Below are positions 1-12,344 of a stretch of DNA of 64,000 nt, one piece after another. Below the pieces are notes generated by a model. It saw only the letters and a program-made list of their open reading frames with translations, did no database searches and had not been told where the DNA came from. The DNA lies in the NCBI RefSeq assembly GCF_009914755.1, contig NC_060936.1; one strand, given 5' to 3'. Position numbers and translations under genes: made by a program. Every line of letters starts with the position of its first letter. Within the stretch, counting starts at the first letter, position 1. Source of the DNA: the human T2T-CHM13v2.0 reference genome, Homo sapiens.

Positions 1-24
1 TTCCAAAAGAAGACATGCAAGACT

Positions 25-153
25 ACTAGGTGTGTGATAGGCTATCCCATCTAGGTTTGTATAAGTACACTCTGTGATGTTCACATAATGATGAAATTAC
101 CTAAGGACGGATTTCTCAGAATGTATCCCCACCATTAAGCAATACATGGCCGT
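25..153. mobile_element. Tigger3/GOLEM-like DNA transposon terminal fragment
   Basis: catctaggtttgtataagtacactct...atttctcagaatgtatcccc...ttaagcaatacatggccgta matches recalled Tigger3 end; ends at TA. Confidence 0.7.
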
Positions 154-218
154 ATATGAAAAAATGGTCAACATCACTAATCATCAGGGAAATACAAATC
201 AAAACCACAATGAGATCT

Positions 219-894
219 TGTGTCCGGAATTGGTTCTTTCTGGTAGGTTCTTGGTCCTGCTGACTTCAAGAATGAAGCCGCGGACCCTCGTGGTGAGTAT
301 TACAGTTCTTAAAGATGGTGTGTCTGGAGTTTGTTCCTTCAGATACTCAGATGTGTCCGGAGTTTCTTCCTTCCCGTGGGTTTGTGGTCTCGCTTGACTT
401 CAGGAATGAAGCCGCAGACCTTTGCAGTGAGTGTTACAGCTCTTAAGGGTGGCGCATCTGGAGTTGTTTGTTCCTCTGGGTGGGTTCGTGGTCTTGCTGA
501 CTTCAGGAGTGAAGCTGCAGACCTTCGCAGCTCATAAAGGTAGTGCGGGCCCAAAGAGTGAGCAGCAGCAAGATTTATTGTGAAGAGCGAAAGAACAAAG
601 CTTCCACAGGGTGGAAGGGGACCAGAGGGTGTTGCCACTGCTGGCTTTGGTGGCCAGCTTTTATTCCCTTATTTGGCCCCGCCACGTCCTGCTGATTGGT
701 CCATTTTACAGAGCGCTGATTGGTCCATTTTACAGAGTGCTGATTGGTCCATTTTTACAGAGTGCTGACTGGTGCGTTTACAAACCTTTAGCTAGACACA
801 GAGTGCTGATTTGTGTGTTTACAATCCTTTAGCTAGACAGAAAAGTTCTCCAAGTCCCAACCTGACCCAGAAGCCCAGCTGGCTTCACGTCTCA
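219..894 (-). mobile_element. LTR12-family (ERV9) solo LTR
   Basis: TG...CA termini, 4-bp TSD ATCT (215-218, 895-898), U5 repeats gacttcaggaatgaagccgcagacc, tandem ~23-bp gctgattggtccattttacaga repeats. Confidence 0.93.
691..830 (-). promoter_or_regulatory. LTR12 CCAAT (NF-Y) box array of ERV9 promoter/enhancer
   Basis: Three intact CTGATTGG copies plus two degenerate copies; AATAAAAG TATA-like element on minus strand near 658-666. Confidence 0.6.
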
Positions 895-1560
895 ATCTTA
901 TCCTACTACTGTTAGAATAGATATAATAAAAAGAGGTATATGTTGGTGAAGGTGTGGAGAAAGGGAACTTTTACACACTGTTGGTCGGAATGTAAATTAG
1001 TACAGCCATTATGGAAAACAGTATGGATGTTCCTCAAAAAATGAAAAATAGAGCTTCCATATGAATTCAGCGATCCCAGTGAATTTGGGTATATATCCAA
1101 AAGAAATAAAATTAGTATGCAGAAGTGATATCTGCACTTCCATGTTTATTACAGCAATATTCACAATAGCCAAGACACGGAACCATGGGGGGATGTCAGG
1201 ACCAAACCAACCTGTATGTCCATCAATGGGTGAATGGATAAATAAAATGTGTTACATATACACAATAGAATACAATTCAGCCACAAAAAAGAACAAAATT
1301 CTGTCATTTGGGACAACATGGATGAACCTGGAGAATATTATGTTAAGTGTAATAAGCCAGGCATAGAAAGACACTACAACATGACTATATGTGGAATCTA
1401 AAAATGCTGTTCTCATAGAAGGACAAGTATTTGGGTGGTGAGTGGGACCCCCTCCCTAACCATCCAAGCCTCTGGTATGGGAAGGTTCCCCATCCATGTG
1501 GATGGGGAGATATTGGTCAAGGGATATATTTATAGGGAGACATTTATAGTTAGACAGGAG

Positions 1561-1836
1561 GAAAAAATATTCAGAATAGACAATATATAGAGACAGAAAG
1601 TTAGTCAGTGATTGCCTGGGGCTGGGAGAGGGAGGGAGAGGATAGCTAAGGCAGGGAGAGAAATTGGGAGTGACTGCTAATGGTTATGGAGTGTCTTTCT
1701 CAGGTGATGAAAATGCTCTAAAATTGATGTTTGCGAAACTCTGCAAATATCCTAAAAACCATTGGATTGTACACTTTTAATGGGTGAATTGTATAGTATG
1801 TGAATTATATCTTACCAAAGCTGTCTTTAAAAAAAA
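1561..1836 (+). mobile_element. L1MB-type 3' UTR fragment
   Basis: gtgactgctaatgg...gatgaaaatgctctaaaattg...gggtgaattgtatagtatgtgaattatatct followed by A-run. Confidence 0.8.
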
Positions 1837-2674
1837 TTCCTGTAGGTTACCTAAAGGCCACCTTCCCAGTGGTGGGGGAGCCGAACCAAAGCCTCTCTGT
1901 CTTCAGCACCTGTGCTTTTCACCCTATCACTGCTTCATGTTCCTGTTCTTCCACTCTGGAAGTGCAGCAGGTTCTATAGACAAAGGCAAAATGGGGGCAG
2001 GTTTTTACTGTTTTTTAAACAGAAGCTCCTAGCCAGCTGACATATGTATTGCAAGCATTCCCAAATCTGTAAGAGGTTGGGGTGCTTAGGATTTGTTCTC
2101 AAGCTTGAGTAAGAGATATGCAGGCACCATCCCTGCTGCTTTCTGATTTGTGGCTTAACAGTCTCTCCCTCCTCATACAGCGCCCCCTTCCCAAAAGCTC
2201 GTTGCTGGAGAAGGCTCAGGGCTGGGGGAGAGTGCAGAGGGTGAGGCCGTGGGAGTGGCAGGAAATGGGAGCGAAAGAAAGGGACTTCACTCTCTCTCCA
2301 TTCCCAGGGATTTAGATGCTTAGATGCCTTTCACACTCATCTCTGGAAATCCTAACACTCACTTAGGAGAGAAGACTGGAACCTGATTGTTACACCTGGG
2401 TGAGGTGTGAAGGCACAGGCTGAATGATGCCTTAGCAGATAAGAAGGTGAACCAAGGGGGTGGGAGGCTCCAGTGCTCTGGCTCAGTGTCTCCTTGTTTA
2501 GAATTATTTCTCTGAGACATGATATATAATCTCCAGGCTGTATTCATCTGTCAGCTTGAGATGAGGGAAAATGCTCATGTTTTATGTGCTGATTTAATTG
2601 TATCCTTCTCTGATGCCCTTGTTTGGGATGTGCTGGTTGAGAGGGGAGTGGCCTGCGCAGTGGCGTTTGCCAGG

Positions 2675-2865
2675 GAATTACTGTGTGCCAGGCACCAAGC
2701 ACATCATTTTTGTGCATCGCCTTCTTTGCTTCTCATCACAGTTACTATGATTATGCCCAAGTGTGCCTAAGGAAAAGTGAGATATAGGGAGGCTAATGTC
2801 ACATGGTACAAATGTGGCAAGGCCAAGATTTGAACCCAAGATTGTCTGATTCTGGAACTCACAGG
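2675..2865 (-). mobile_element. MIR fragment
   Basis: ctgtgtgccaggcac...ggccaagatttgaacccaag MIR core-like. Confidence 0.55.
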
Positions 2866-3849
2866 CTGACCCACGGGTTTATGTAGGCTCATTCCAGTAT
2901 AGAAGCAGCAGGTTGGTGCAGTACAGGAGTCAGCACCTTCTGTTTGATGGTGGCTCGGCCAAAGAGAGCTGTGGGATCATTGGTAAGGTTGTGATCACTC
3001 CAGGACTCATATTTTTCAACTGTAAGTTGATTGTTGGTCTAGATATTCTCCAAGGTACCATCTAGACAAGAGGGTTGGTGATTCTACGCTGATGTCTACA
3101 AACAAGAGCTGGAAGAAATGATGATCTTTTTTTTTTTTTTAAATGGACTTTGCTCTTAGAAGGAGGCATTGGCTTTGAGATTAGGACTCTAATCTCATTT
3201 AGGAGGCTAATTTTCAGCATGGAGTTGTACAGGTTTTGGGGCCTTTGGAACAGAGTTCAAATCCTGGCTCCACCATATGTTTTCTGCAAGTCACTCAATC
3301 TCTCTGATCTTTAGCTTCCTGGTTGGTAAGATGAGGACAATAAAACCTTCCCTACTGAGGATGCATGAATATCTCAGCTATATTCATTGTATTGTGTTCT
3401 CCTTGAGGGTGGGGTCATGCCTTATGTATTTCTGGCAGGCATGGGGTTGAGTTGAATTGATTTTAAGAGGGAATAAAAAGCAAGTCTGCTCTCTATAGAC
3501 AAACCAGGCGTGTCTCTCCTTTGTTCAATGTGCCAGGGGGCAGGGACTCATTTCCCAGCCCCAGTATCTCCCACTGGCCAGGTTTTTGTCCTGTCCTGAG
3601 ATCTCCCATGCAGTTCCAGGGAACTGTCATTTTCCACTACACCAGCTGGATAATACTCAAGCAAAGGTGTATGGGCATATGGTGTCTCTGGCTTTGGGCA
3701 TGGAAGAAGGATTTGTGATGGGCTAGTTTTTCTTCTTTGGCCTCCTTGCTTCTACCCATTCCCCCTTCCACATAGGCATGTACACACTGGCTTACCTAGG
3801 TGGGTTTTTATCTCTGGATTTCCCATGTTGAGATGTCGTTTTGGGAGAC

Positions 3850-4020
3850 AGCCGGCTCTGAAGTCAGACACACCATGGTTGGATCCTGGCAATTCCTGAC
3901 ATGCCTCTATGAGCCTCGGTTTCCTCGACCATGAAAGGAGATAGTAATAGCACTTGCTTCCCTGGGCTGTTGTGAAGATTAAATGAAGTTCAGCACAAGG
4001 CAAGGACTCCATAAGTGATA
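3850..4020 (+). mobile_element. MIR fragment
   Basis: gagcctcggtttcctc...gggctgttgtgaagattaaatga MIR core. Confidence 0.65.
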
Positions 4021-4059
4021 CCAGTTTTACTTTTGTTTTGGCTCCACTCTGCCTGTCCT

Positions 4060-4077
4060 TAGCGCCCCCTGGCCACT
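4060..4077 (-). promoter_or_regulatory. CTCF-like motif
   Basis: Minus strand AGTGGCCAGGGGGCGCTA: exact CCAGGGGGCGCTA 3' core, mismatches in the 5' CC positions. Confidence 0.4.
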
Positions 4078-4329
4078 AAACACAGAGTGATGGGGAGAAA
4101 AGGAATCAGAGCCCTACACTTCCTTCGGCTGTGCCAGTTATTCCGGCCTATGCTGCTGAATTTGAAGCTAAACTCAGAAATCTGCACTCTGTAAACATAT
4201 CTATGACTTTAACTAGAACCACTGGTGTTTCGGACCAGAAATGGACTTAGTGATCCTAGATTCTGATCTCCTCCATTTGGAGTTGGTGGAAAATGAGTGA
4301 GAGAACATCCCTGCTTCCCTGCCAAAACC

Positions 4330-4825
4330 AGTGGTTTAAATAAGGTACAAGTTTATTTTTTCATATAAACATTGGTAGCCTAGGGCTGAAGTGATGGACC
4401 CATGATCAGCAATGAACGAAGGCTCTATCCATTTTGTTGCCCTGTCCTCCTTAATCCAAGAGTTCTACTTTGTGGTCCAGGGTGGCGGCTCTAGCTCCAG
4501 CCATCATAACTTCAGTCCAGCTCACAGGAAAGAGAAAAAGAAAAGAAATTGGAAGAAGCATTGCATTTAAGAATACATCATGAAAGTTACACAAGCCATA
4601 TCATAAGTACATAAGGATTTACACACCTAAGGATGACACAAGTCATATCCTTTTATATTCTATTGGTTAGAACTTTGTTATATACATCCATAGTTAACAG
4701 CGAGGGAACTCAGGGAATGTAGTATTTATTCTGGTGGCTATGTGCCCAATCAAGATTTGGAGGTTCTATTATGGAGGAATGAAGGGAAAATGCATCTAAG
4801 GAGACCATCAAAAGGCTCTGCCACA
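4330..4825 (-). mobile_element. MLT1J-like MaLR LTR (degenerate)
   Basis: tctagctccagccatcat, tctattggttagaact, gggaatgtagt, ends ctctgccaca. Confidence 0.6.
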
Positions 4826-4905
4826 CAGGTGACACAACTGCTTTACCCCCTCAATCTGTGTTCTTTCTATAGCATTCGCAAGGTTTTTTTAAAAATTAAA
4901 AAAAT

Positions 4906-5167
4906 GTTTTTTAAGATGAAGTCCTGTTATATATCGCCAAGTTGCTCTTCAACTCCTGGGCTCAAGCAATCCTCCTACTTCAACCTCCTGAGTACTGGGA
5001 CTACAGGTGCGCTACTGTGCCCAGCTACTTTTATTCATTTTTTGTTTTTTTAGAGACAGGGTTTCACTATGTTGCCCAGGTTGGCCTTGAACTCCTGGCC
5101 TCAAGCATTCCTCCTCCCTCAGTCTCCCAAGTAGCTGCGACTACAGGTGCATGCCACTGAGTCCAAC
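4906..5167 (-). mobile_element. Two tandem FLAM_A-like Alu monomers (or very old AluJ)
   Basis: Two units each reading aactcctgg(g/c)ctcaagca..cctcct...gactacaggtgc with T-rich tails. Confidence 0.7.
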
Positions 5168-5724
5168 TGCATTGCAAGTCTAGATTAAATTTCCCTTAGG
5201 TTCTTAATAAAATTTCTTGAAAATTCTGATCACAAAGATGGCACCTGGCAAGTTCCCGACCCAGGCAAGTTGGCTGGAGCACAGGCAGAGAGCTTGCGGG
5301 AATACAGTGGGGAGAGCACCCAGGCCACACTGATGCCTCTGTCAGACTGGGCCCCTTATGTTAAGGAAGACTGTGTCGATCCTTGGAGGGCAGAGAAACC
5401 ATACTGTCCACCACTGAGGCAACAGGGAGAAATGAGATTGAGCTGTGCTAAGAGAAAAGAACGAGAGCTTCTGGGAAAACTCAGACACTTGTAAAAATTC
5501 CACCTAACCTGGGATGTAAGGTGATGTGCTGCTAAGATGGGTGAGTAGCTCAAGCTTCAGCAGGCAGCCAAAGCAGTCCTAGTCCCCTAAAACAGTGCCC
5601 CAGAACTCTGGGCAAAGCCATCGGAAGAGGGCCTGAACCCAGAATTAATAAAGCAGAGGGATACGGAGACTTCAGTGTGTTTCAGGCTCTGAGACTTGGT
5701 AAGAACACATGACAGAGAGGTGGG

Positions 5725-5900
5725 TGTGAGAGAGAAAAGGAGAAAGAGAGGAGAGAGAGAGAGAGAGAAAAAAAAAAAGAGGAAAGACAGAGGAGAGACA
5801 AGGAGAGACAGACAGTGGCAGGGGTGGGGTGAAGGGAGCGGGAGGGGAGACATAGTAAGGAAAGATAGAAGAGGAGAAAAAAAAAGAAGAAATAGGAGAG
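5725..5900. repeat. GA-rich low-complexity tract
   Basis: Almost entirely purines on + strand. Confidence 0.9.
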
Positions 5901-6302
5901 AGATATGGTATAATCAGGCTGCTTTCAATTGCAAGTGACAGTAAGCAACTAAAACTGGTTTAAGAAAAAAAAATTAACAGAAAGAATAGAAGCAGCAAAA
6001 AGGCTGCCAGCAACTCCAGACGTATTCCTATTTTCTCAGGATCCCTGAAGGACAGGTGCTTTTCGTTTTTCCTTTTTCTAATAGTTACAACCAAAGTTTT
6101 GGACTTGGATTTCATTGACACAGATTGGCCAACTTTGAGTGTCCTGACCAGGATAGGGGGATGTCAGGACCAGCCAAACCAGATGGATTAAGAAAGGAGG
6201 AGATTGGTTTCCCAAGGAAAATCAGTATGCTGTTACTAAAAGAAAGTGGAGTAGATACTGGGCAGGTGAAAACAACAGATCTCTACTATACATGATGAGG
6301 AA

Positions 6303-6628
6303 ATCAGAGAGAGAGAGAGGGAGAGACAGAGAGAGAGAGAGGGAGAGACAGAGAGAGAGAGAGGTGGGAAGAGAGAGACATGAGAGAGATTAGAGATGAA
6401 GATGGGAAAGTTATTATAAAAGAGGAGAGAATGAAAGATGAAAGAAAAAAGCATTTGAGAGAAAGTAGAAAAGAAAGAAAGGCAGAAAAATAGAGAAAGA
6501 GGGAGAAAGGAAGGGAGAAGGAAAGGAAGGAAAGAATAAAAGGAAAACGGGAAGAAGAAAGAGGGAAAAAGAAGGAAGAAGAGAATGGAGAAATAATGGA
6601 AGGAAGAAAGAAGAAAGGGAGGGAGAGG
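6303..6628. repeat. (GA)n / GA-rich polypurine tract
   Basis: gagagagagagggagagaca repeats followed by GAAA/GGAA-rich sequence. Confidence 0.9.
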
Positions 6629-8359
6629 TGTGTTTACCTGCATGTGTGCATGAGAAACACAGATGAGTAACACAAGGTGTGGCAAGCCTCTGCTACAACT
6701 TAATATCATGACCCAGGATCTCCAAACAGACCAGATTCTAGGAAGAGATGAGGTCTTACTGAAGTTCCTACTCCCTTCCCTCTCTCCTGAGTGTGGTCCC
6801 AGCCTACATCATCCTTATCTCACCTATTTCCACCCCAGTGGTATCCTGGAGCCTCTGGATTCTCTTGGGAAATTGTAGAATTGTCTCCCCAGTGTCATTG
6901 CCATGCTTTGGTCCAGGAGCCCAGGGGCTTCAGTCTGCCATGTGTTTTCAGCGTATGGCTGCCTGAAAACACATCTGTCAACCTTAGCATTGGAGAACAA
7001 AAGCTTGGGTTTGACATGAAAAGGACAGCAGAGAAGCAGCCTTGACCTAACTGCCATGTGGCATTCCTAAGTGCGCAGAGCCTCAGCCTGGAAGATATGC
7101 ACAATACTTGAAAGAAGCCTTTTATCCAGGCAAGAGGGGATAAACACATCTGTATGGCATTGATTTCCCCCTCCTCCTTTCTTTCTGGGATTTGGAGCGG
7201 GGTTAGGGGGAGGAACAATGAAAACATTTGAAACATCTGACACTGAGTTGGGGTTGTGGATAGGCAGCATTTGGGGGGAAATGAAAGGTGAAATGCCAAA
7301 TTTAGTTTGGCTCTTCTTTCTTTCTGGCGCCGTTTTTTTCCTCTTACATTCAACCCATATTTTCCTTTTAGCACCAGTGGGGGTGGTGGATCATGTAACA
7401 TTCCTATTTAGCACACACATAGCTTGCCTTGTCTTGAAAGCGAAGCATACACTGACAACGGAAACCTCACAACCTCCTGAGTGGGAGACAACCTTAGGAT
7501 TCTGGCTTCCAGGATATTTATGTTGGTTACTGTTTAGTGTGCTGAACACCAGCCGGGATCCCTTGACTCACATCTGAAACGGGATCGGAATCTGAAGGCA
7601 TAATTCCTCTGCTGGAAACACAAAGGTTGTAGGTATACAAGAACACACAATTATATTGAAGAAGAAATAAGCCATTTATACAAGAGGGGACCAAGTATAC
7701 CCATGTGTCAGGGAGAAAGGGTTTGATACGTTATGTTCTGGAATGGATTGGGCCGTTTTTCCTGAAGCTCACCACACAACCCACTAGGACAGTTTGGGCT
7801 CTGCTATGGTCTCCCAGATATCCCAGGGAAAGGCTCAGTGAAGCTGCAGGCCAAAACCAGGTAAGAGAAATCATAAAATGAATCACCCAAGACTCATGAT
7901 ACCTGATACCGTTTATTTGGTTACATGGTGTGGCAGACCTTGGTTCAAACTCCAGATGTTTTATCTAGTAGCAAGATGGTCTTTGGAAATTCAACCAACC
8001 TTTCTGAGTTTCAAATTTTTAGTTTTCAAAAATGAGGATGTTGTGAGATTTAAAATACAATAATATATAGGTAAAAGGCTTGATATGGTAGAAACGTAGC
8101 AAATTCTAAGTAACCTATATTATTTCCTGCCAGTGTGTTCCCAACTAGGGTGTAAGCTTCCAGAGTGCATATATACTAATTTTTTGGATTTCTATAATAC
8201 TTTAACTTTAATGCTTTGTAAGCTTACATGGAATTTTTTTAATCAAATGTACATTGGTTTATTATAAAATTTTTTCCCTACTAAGATGGATTTTAGAGTA
8301 CCTTTTTGAGGAACTCTGCCTTGAACCCTGACCTTGAACCGAGGTCAAGAGTTTTTTAA

Positions 8360-8600
8360 GAAACCGTTTGATTAAGATATAAATCACATACTATAAAGTT
8401 CAGCCTTTAAAAGTGTACATTTCAGTGGTTTTTAGAATATTCTTAGAGGTGTGCATCCATCACCACTATCTAAATCCAGATAATTTTCATTAACCCAAAT
8501 AGAAACCCTATACCCATATACCTATTGGCAATTTCTCCATTCTCCCTTTCTCCCCTTGGAGGTGAGGCAACCACTGTTATATTGTCTGTCTCACCATGTC
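8360..8600 (-). mobile_element. L1M-type 3' fragment
   Basis: ctttaaaagtgtacatttcagtggtttttagaatatt...caccactatctaaatccaga. Confidence 0.7.
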
Positions 8601-8789
8601 TATAGCTATATAATGACCTATGGATCTGAAATGGTGTCGACTCCCTCCAAAATGCATATGAGTTAAGCGGAGGACAGATGACACAGGAGAGGAAAATCAG
8701 GATAACATTTAAGGAAAAAGAGCTGAAATGGACACTGGGTGCCCAGAAAGACAGATACTTTACTTCTTCTCCATGTAATGATTCTCCCA

Positions 8790-9115
8790 CAAACATCTTT
8801 GAGGTTTATGTTGCCCAGCAGATAGCCACTAATGATAATGTGGGTATGGAGCAGCTGAAATGGGACTACTCCAAATTGAGTCCAAATACACATTGAATTT
8901 TGAAGACTTATTATGAAAAAAGGGATGTAAAATACCTCATTAATACTTTTCTTATAGTAATTGCATGTTAAAATAATATTTTCAATGTACTGTATTGGGT
9001 TAAATAAAATATATTCTTCAGTGAAATTCACCTATCTCTTTTTATTTTTTGTAATGTGGCTACTAGAAAATTTAAAGTTACATTTGTGGTTCACATTATA
9101 TTTCTGTTGGATAGT
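8790..9115 (-). mobile_element. MER33-like hAT-Charlie DNA transposon
   Basis: tgtattgggttaaataaaatatatt...gtggctactagaaaatttaaagttacatttgtggttcacattatatttctgttgga. Confidence 0.75.
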
Positions 9116-9751
9116 GATGCTCTAGATGCTTCTAGATTTGTTTTTCAACTGCCTGTCTCTTGAGATCAGGGGCTGTACATTATTTATTATTTTTTTCTTT
9201 AGTACAGGGCCTTGTACATGCTATGCACTTAACACATATTGTTGAATGAATATTGTCTGCCCTTAATGATTCCTCATTTCAAGTAAGATGAAAGCAAACT
9301 TCCTTGACAATCTGACTCCAACATTGTATTTCAAACTTCTATCCAAAAGGAGGTTGGACCATATCTCCTGGGCTATGTTTTGCTCAAAGAGGCCTCTATA
9401 CTCCTCCTTCCCAGTCCAGGCTGCAGAGACCATGGAGCCCAGGGTACAGGAGGGAGAGGTGAGTGAAAGTGTGTGTGGATGAGACATGCTGTTTTGTGAA
9501 GAGTTGTTCATCTCTTGATGTTTAAGACCATAGCTTAGAGAACTTTCATTCTCTAAAGCTCTCTAGATTTTTAAGAAATTACTGAAGCATTTCCCTTACT
9601 AAATCCACTCATTTGCTACATGCAACTTGGACTTTCTGGAAACTTCTGAAGATTCACAGAGTCCATAAATGTCCTTGTCCTCCCTTTGGCTTAAATTAGT
9701 TCATCTATGTTTTGGTCACTTTCAGCAAGATGAGTTACAAGAACCCAGTCA

Positions 9752-10210
<459 letters not shown>

Positions 10211-12281
10211 TCAGTGCTCTTTCTTCTTATGCCATGCTCGGCCATGAGGAGAAATCCTGAAGTTCTGCACATTCTTTGAAAAAACACAGTGATGGAAGTG
10301 AGACAGATTGTGGGCACAGGGCCATAGTCCTGTTGAATCTGCACTTGTTCCACAAGGTTTGAGTTGTTCCCTCAGACTTTCAGAAAATCATTGTTGTGCT
10401 AATGTTTCTTCTTGCTTTCTTTTAAGGAAAAGTGTTTGAGAAGAGTACAGCACAGCCACCACCATTTTTTCCTAGGTCAACAAGCATGCCTGTGTTCTGA
10501 TAATTAAGAGTCCTAATGATACACATCTAATGGTAAAAAGTTCAGGGTTACTGACTTTAGTCATGGCTGGATCCAGGTGTTTAACATGATTTTATCAGGA
10601 AGTTGCTTCTCTCTCTGCCTCTGCCTTCCTTGGCATTGAATTCATTTTTAGGATGTGTGGGGGTTTACTGTTGAGGTGGTCACTGGCAGCTCTAGGTTTA
10701 TGTTCTCACAAATGAATGACTCTTTCTTGATCACACCAGCAGTACTTCTAGGATTATCTCTTATTGGACCAATTTATGTCCCATTTCTACTGCTGAGCCA
10801 TTTCATCAGTTCATTGTTAAACCATTCAGACAAAATACATTGACTGCTTTCCATGTTCCAGCAGCCACACACTTTTTATGAGGAGCCTTCAAATATTAAA
10901 ATAAAGGAATACTAGCAGTATTTTTTAGGAATAATGTGTTTTTCAAGTTCAATGCTATATTACATTAAGCACTGTGAAGCCAGGCTGTGGGAACAATAAA
11001 GCTTTTTTTGATGAACCTCAAAATTGCAAATTGAGGTGGTGAATGACAGTCATCTCCTTTTCTCTGAGGAACCCAAATGTCAGAATGCACCCATGTCTGA
11101 GGTCATCCTTCCTTTGAAATACCTGCCACGATGACTGCAGCTCCTGCAGGTTTCCCTCCCCAGGTGAGTCTGGGCATCCCTGTGGGAATCCTTGCCCATT
11201 CCACACACCCATCTAGTTGCTGCCTGCCTCTGCTGGCTCCAGGACTGCTGCTGTCTTCTTTCCATGTGCTGCTGCTTGCCCCTGGTTGACTTTCAGCTGA
11301 CACAGGAAAGCTCTTTTTGAAGCTGCTGCCATTCCTTCCTGTATAGAATCCAGGACTGTCCTGTTTCCTATAGTAATGGCAAAGATTGGGCTGAGTCTTT
11401 TGACAGGGTTCTACTGGATATTTTGGGAGAGAACTACAAGGATGAGAGAAACCTACACTTACTACCAGATAGAATTGGGCTCAGAGGTTCCTTTCCTGGG
11501 GCTCTCTGAAGGGTTCTCTCTTACTCTTGTCCATCTCATCTGCTCCAACAGAAGTGTCCTCTAGTGTGTCTGTGTCTCTATGTCCAGGTTCCAGTGAGCG
11601 CAGGGCTCAGAGACATGAAGGAGTAAGTCATGCCTCACTCATCCCGGGCTAAGGCTTTAATTTCCTATCTCAGCACCTACTTCGTCCCAGCATAGTTAAA
11701 AATACGAATATTCATTCCCTTCAGGGAAGACCTGCTTCTTGTCGCTACACAGAACTTTACTCTTTAGCCTTCAGTAGATCAAGGTCACTAATACGTAAGT
11801 CACAAGGTCACTAATACATAATATATAAGTCCATATAGCAATCCATTTCCCAAAATGTGTGTTTTTCAGTCTTAAATAACAGCACAGTGGTATAGCAGCA
11901 ACAGGTCCATGCTGAGATGCACCAAACGCAGTCCTGCTTCTCTTCCTTGTCTCGTCCTCTGTGAGGGGAACAGATGGGGACCTTTAACATTTCCTTCCAA
12001 GCACCTGTCTATTTGATTTCTGATCCTCCTGCAAACTATCTTTTGAAATGGAACATACCCAACTCTGAAAGAATAAAAAAATGTTTAGCTATGGTAGTCG
12101 ATGAAATCCTCACAGAAAAGAAACTTTTTTACCCCCAAAGGCAATAGTGTTCACAGAGACATAGCTTTAGGAGGCTCTGAGCATAACCAAACAGGTATTG
12201 AGCTTGTTTGTCTAAATTAGATGTATTTAATCTATCGGATTCCTGACTTTCTCCAGATGTTCTTGCTTTACTTTTGCATAT

Positions 12282-12344
12282 TGTACTAGTTAGTGTTCTC
12301 CAGAGAAACAGAATCAATAGATTTACTTACTGATTGATTTTATT
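12282..12344 (-). mobile_element. MLT2 (ERVL) LTR, left part, split by L1 insertion
   Basis: tgtactagttagtgttctccagagaaacagaatcaatag is the MLT2 terminus; continues at 19591. Confidence 0.8.

Larger units (their letters stand above)
1..1560 (+). mobile_element. Old L1M-type LINE-1 3' fragment (ORF2 end/3'UTR), interrupted by Tigger3 and LTR12
   Basis: L1 motifs catcagggaaatacaaatcaaaaccacaatgagat, gtggagaaagggaac, catgtttattacagcaatattcacaatagccaag; ORF 1061..1366 resembles degenerate ORF2 C-terminus. Confidence 0.85.

Noticed and set aside
691-830. CRISPR-like or novel repeat array
   Set aside because: Standard LTR12 tandem CCAAT repeats with no unique spacers; eukaryotic context
6236-6709. 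157-aa F/S/L-rich ORF resembling a membrane protein
   Set aside because: Artefact of the GA-rich tract read on the minus strand
7850-7870. Isolated CAG|GTAAGA donor (also CAG|GTGAGT near 11161) as exon evidence
   Set aside because: No recognisable coding frame or paired acceptor; such matches are common by chance
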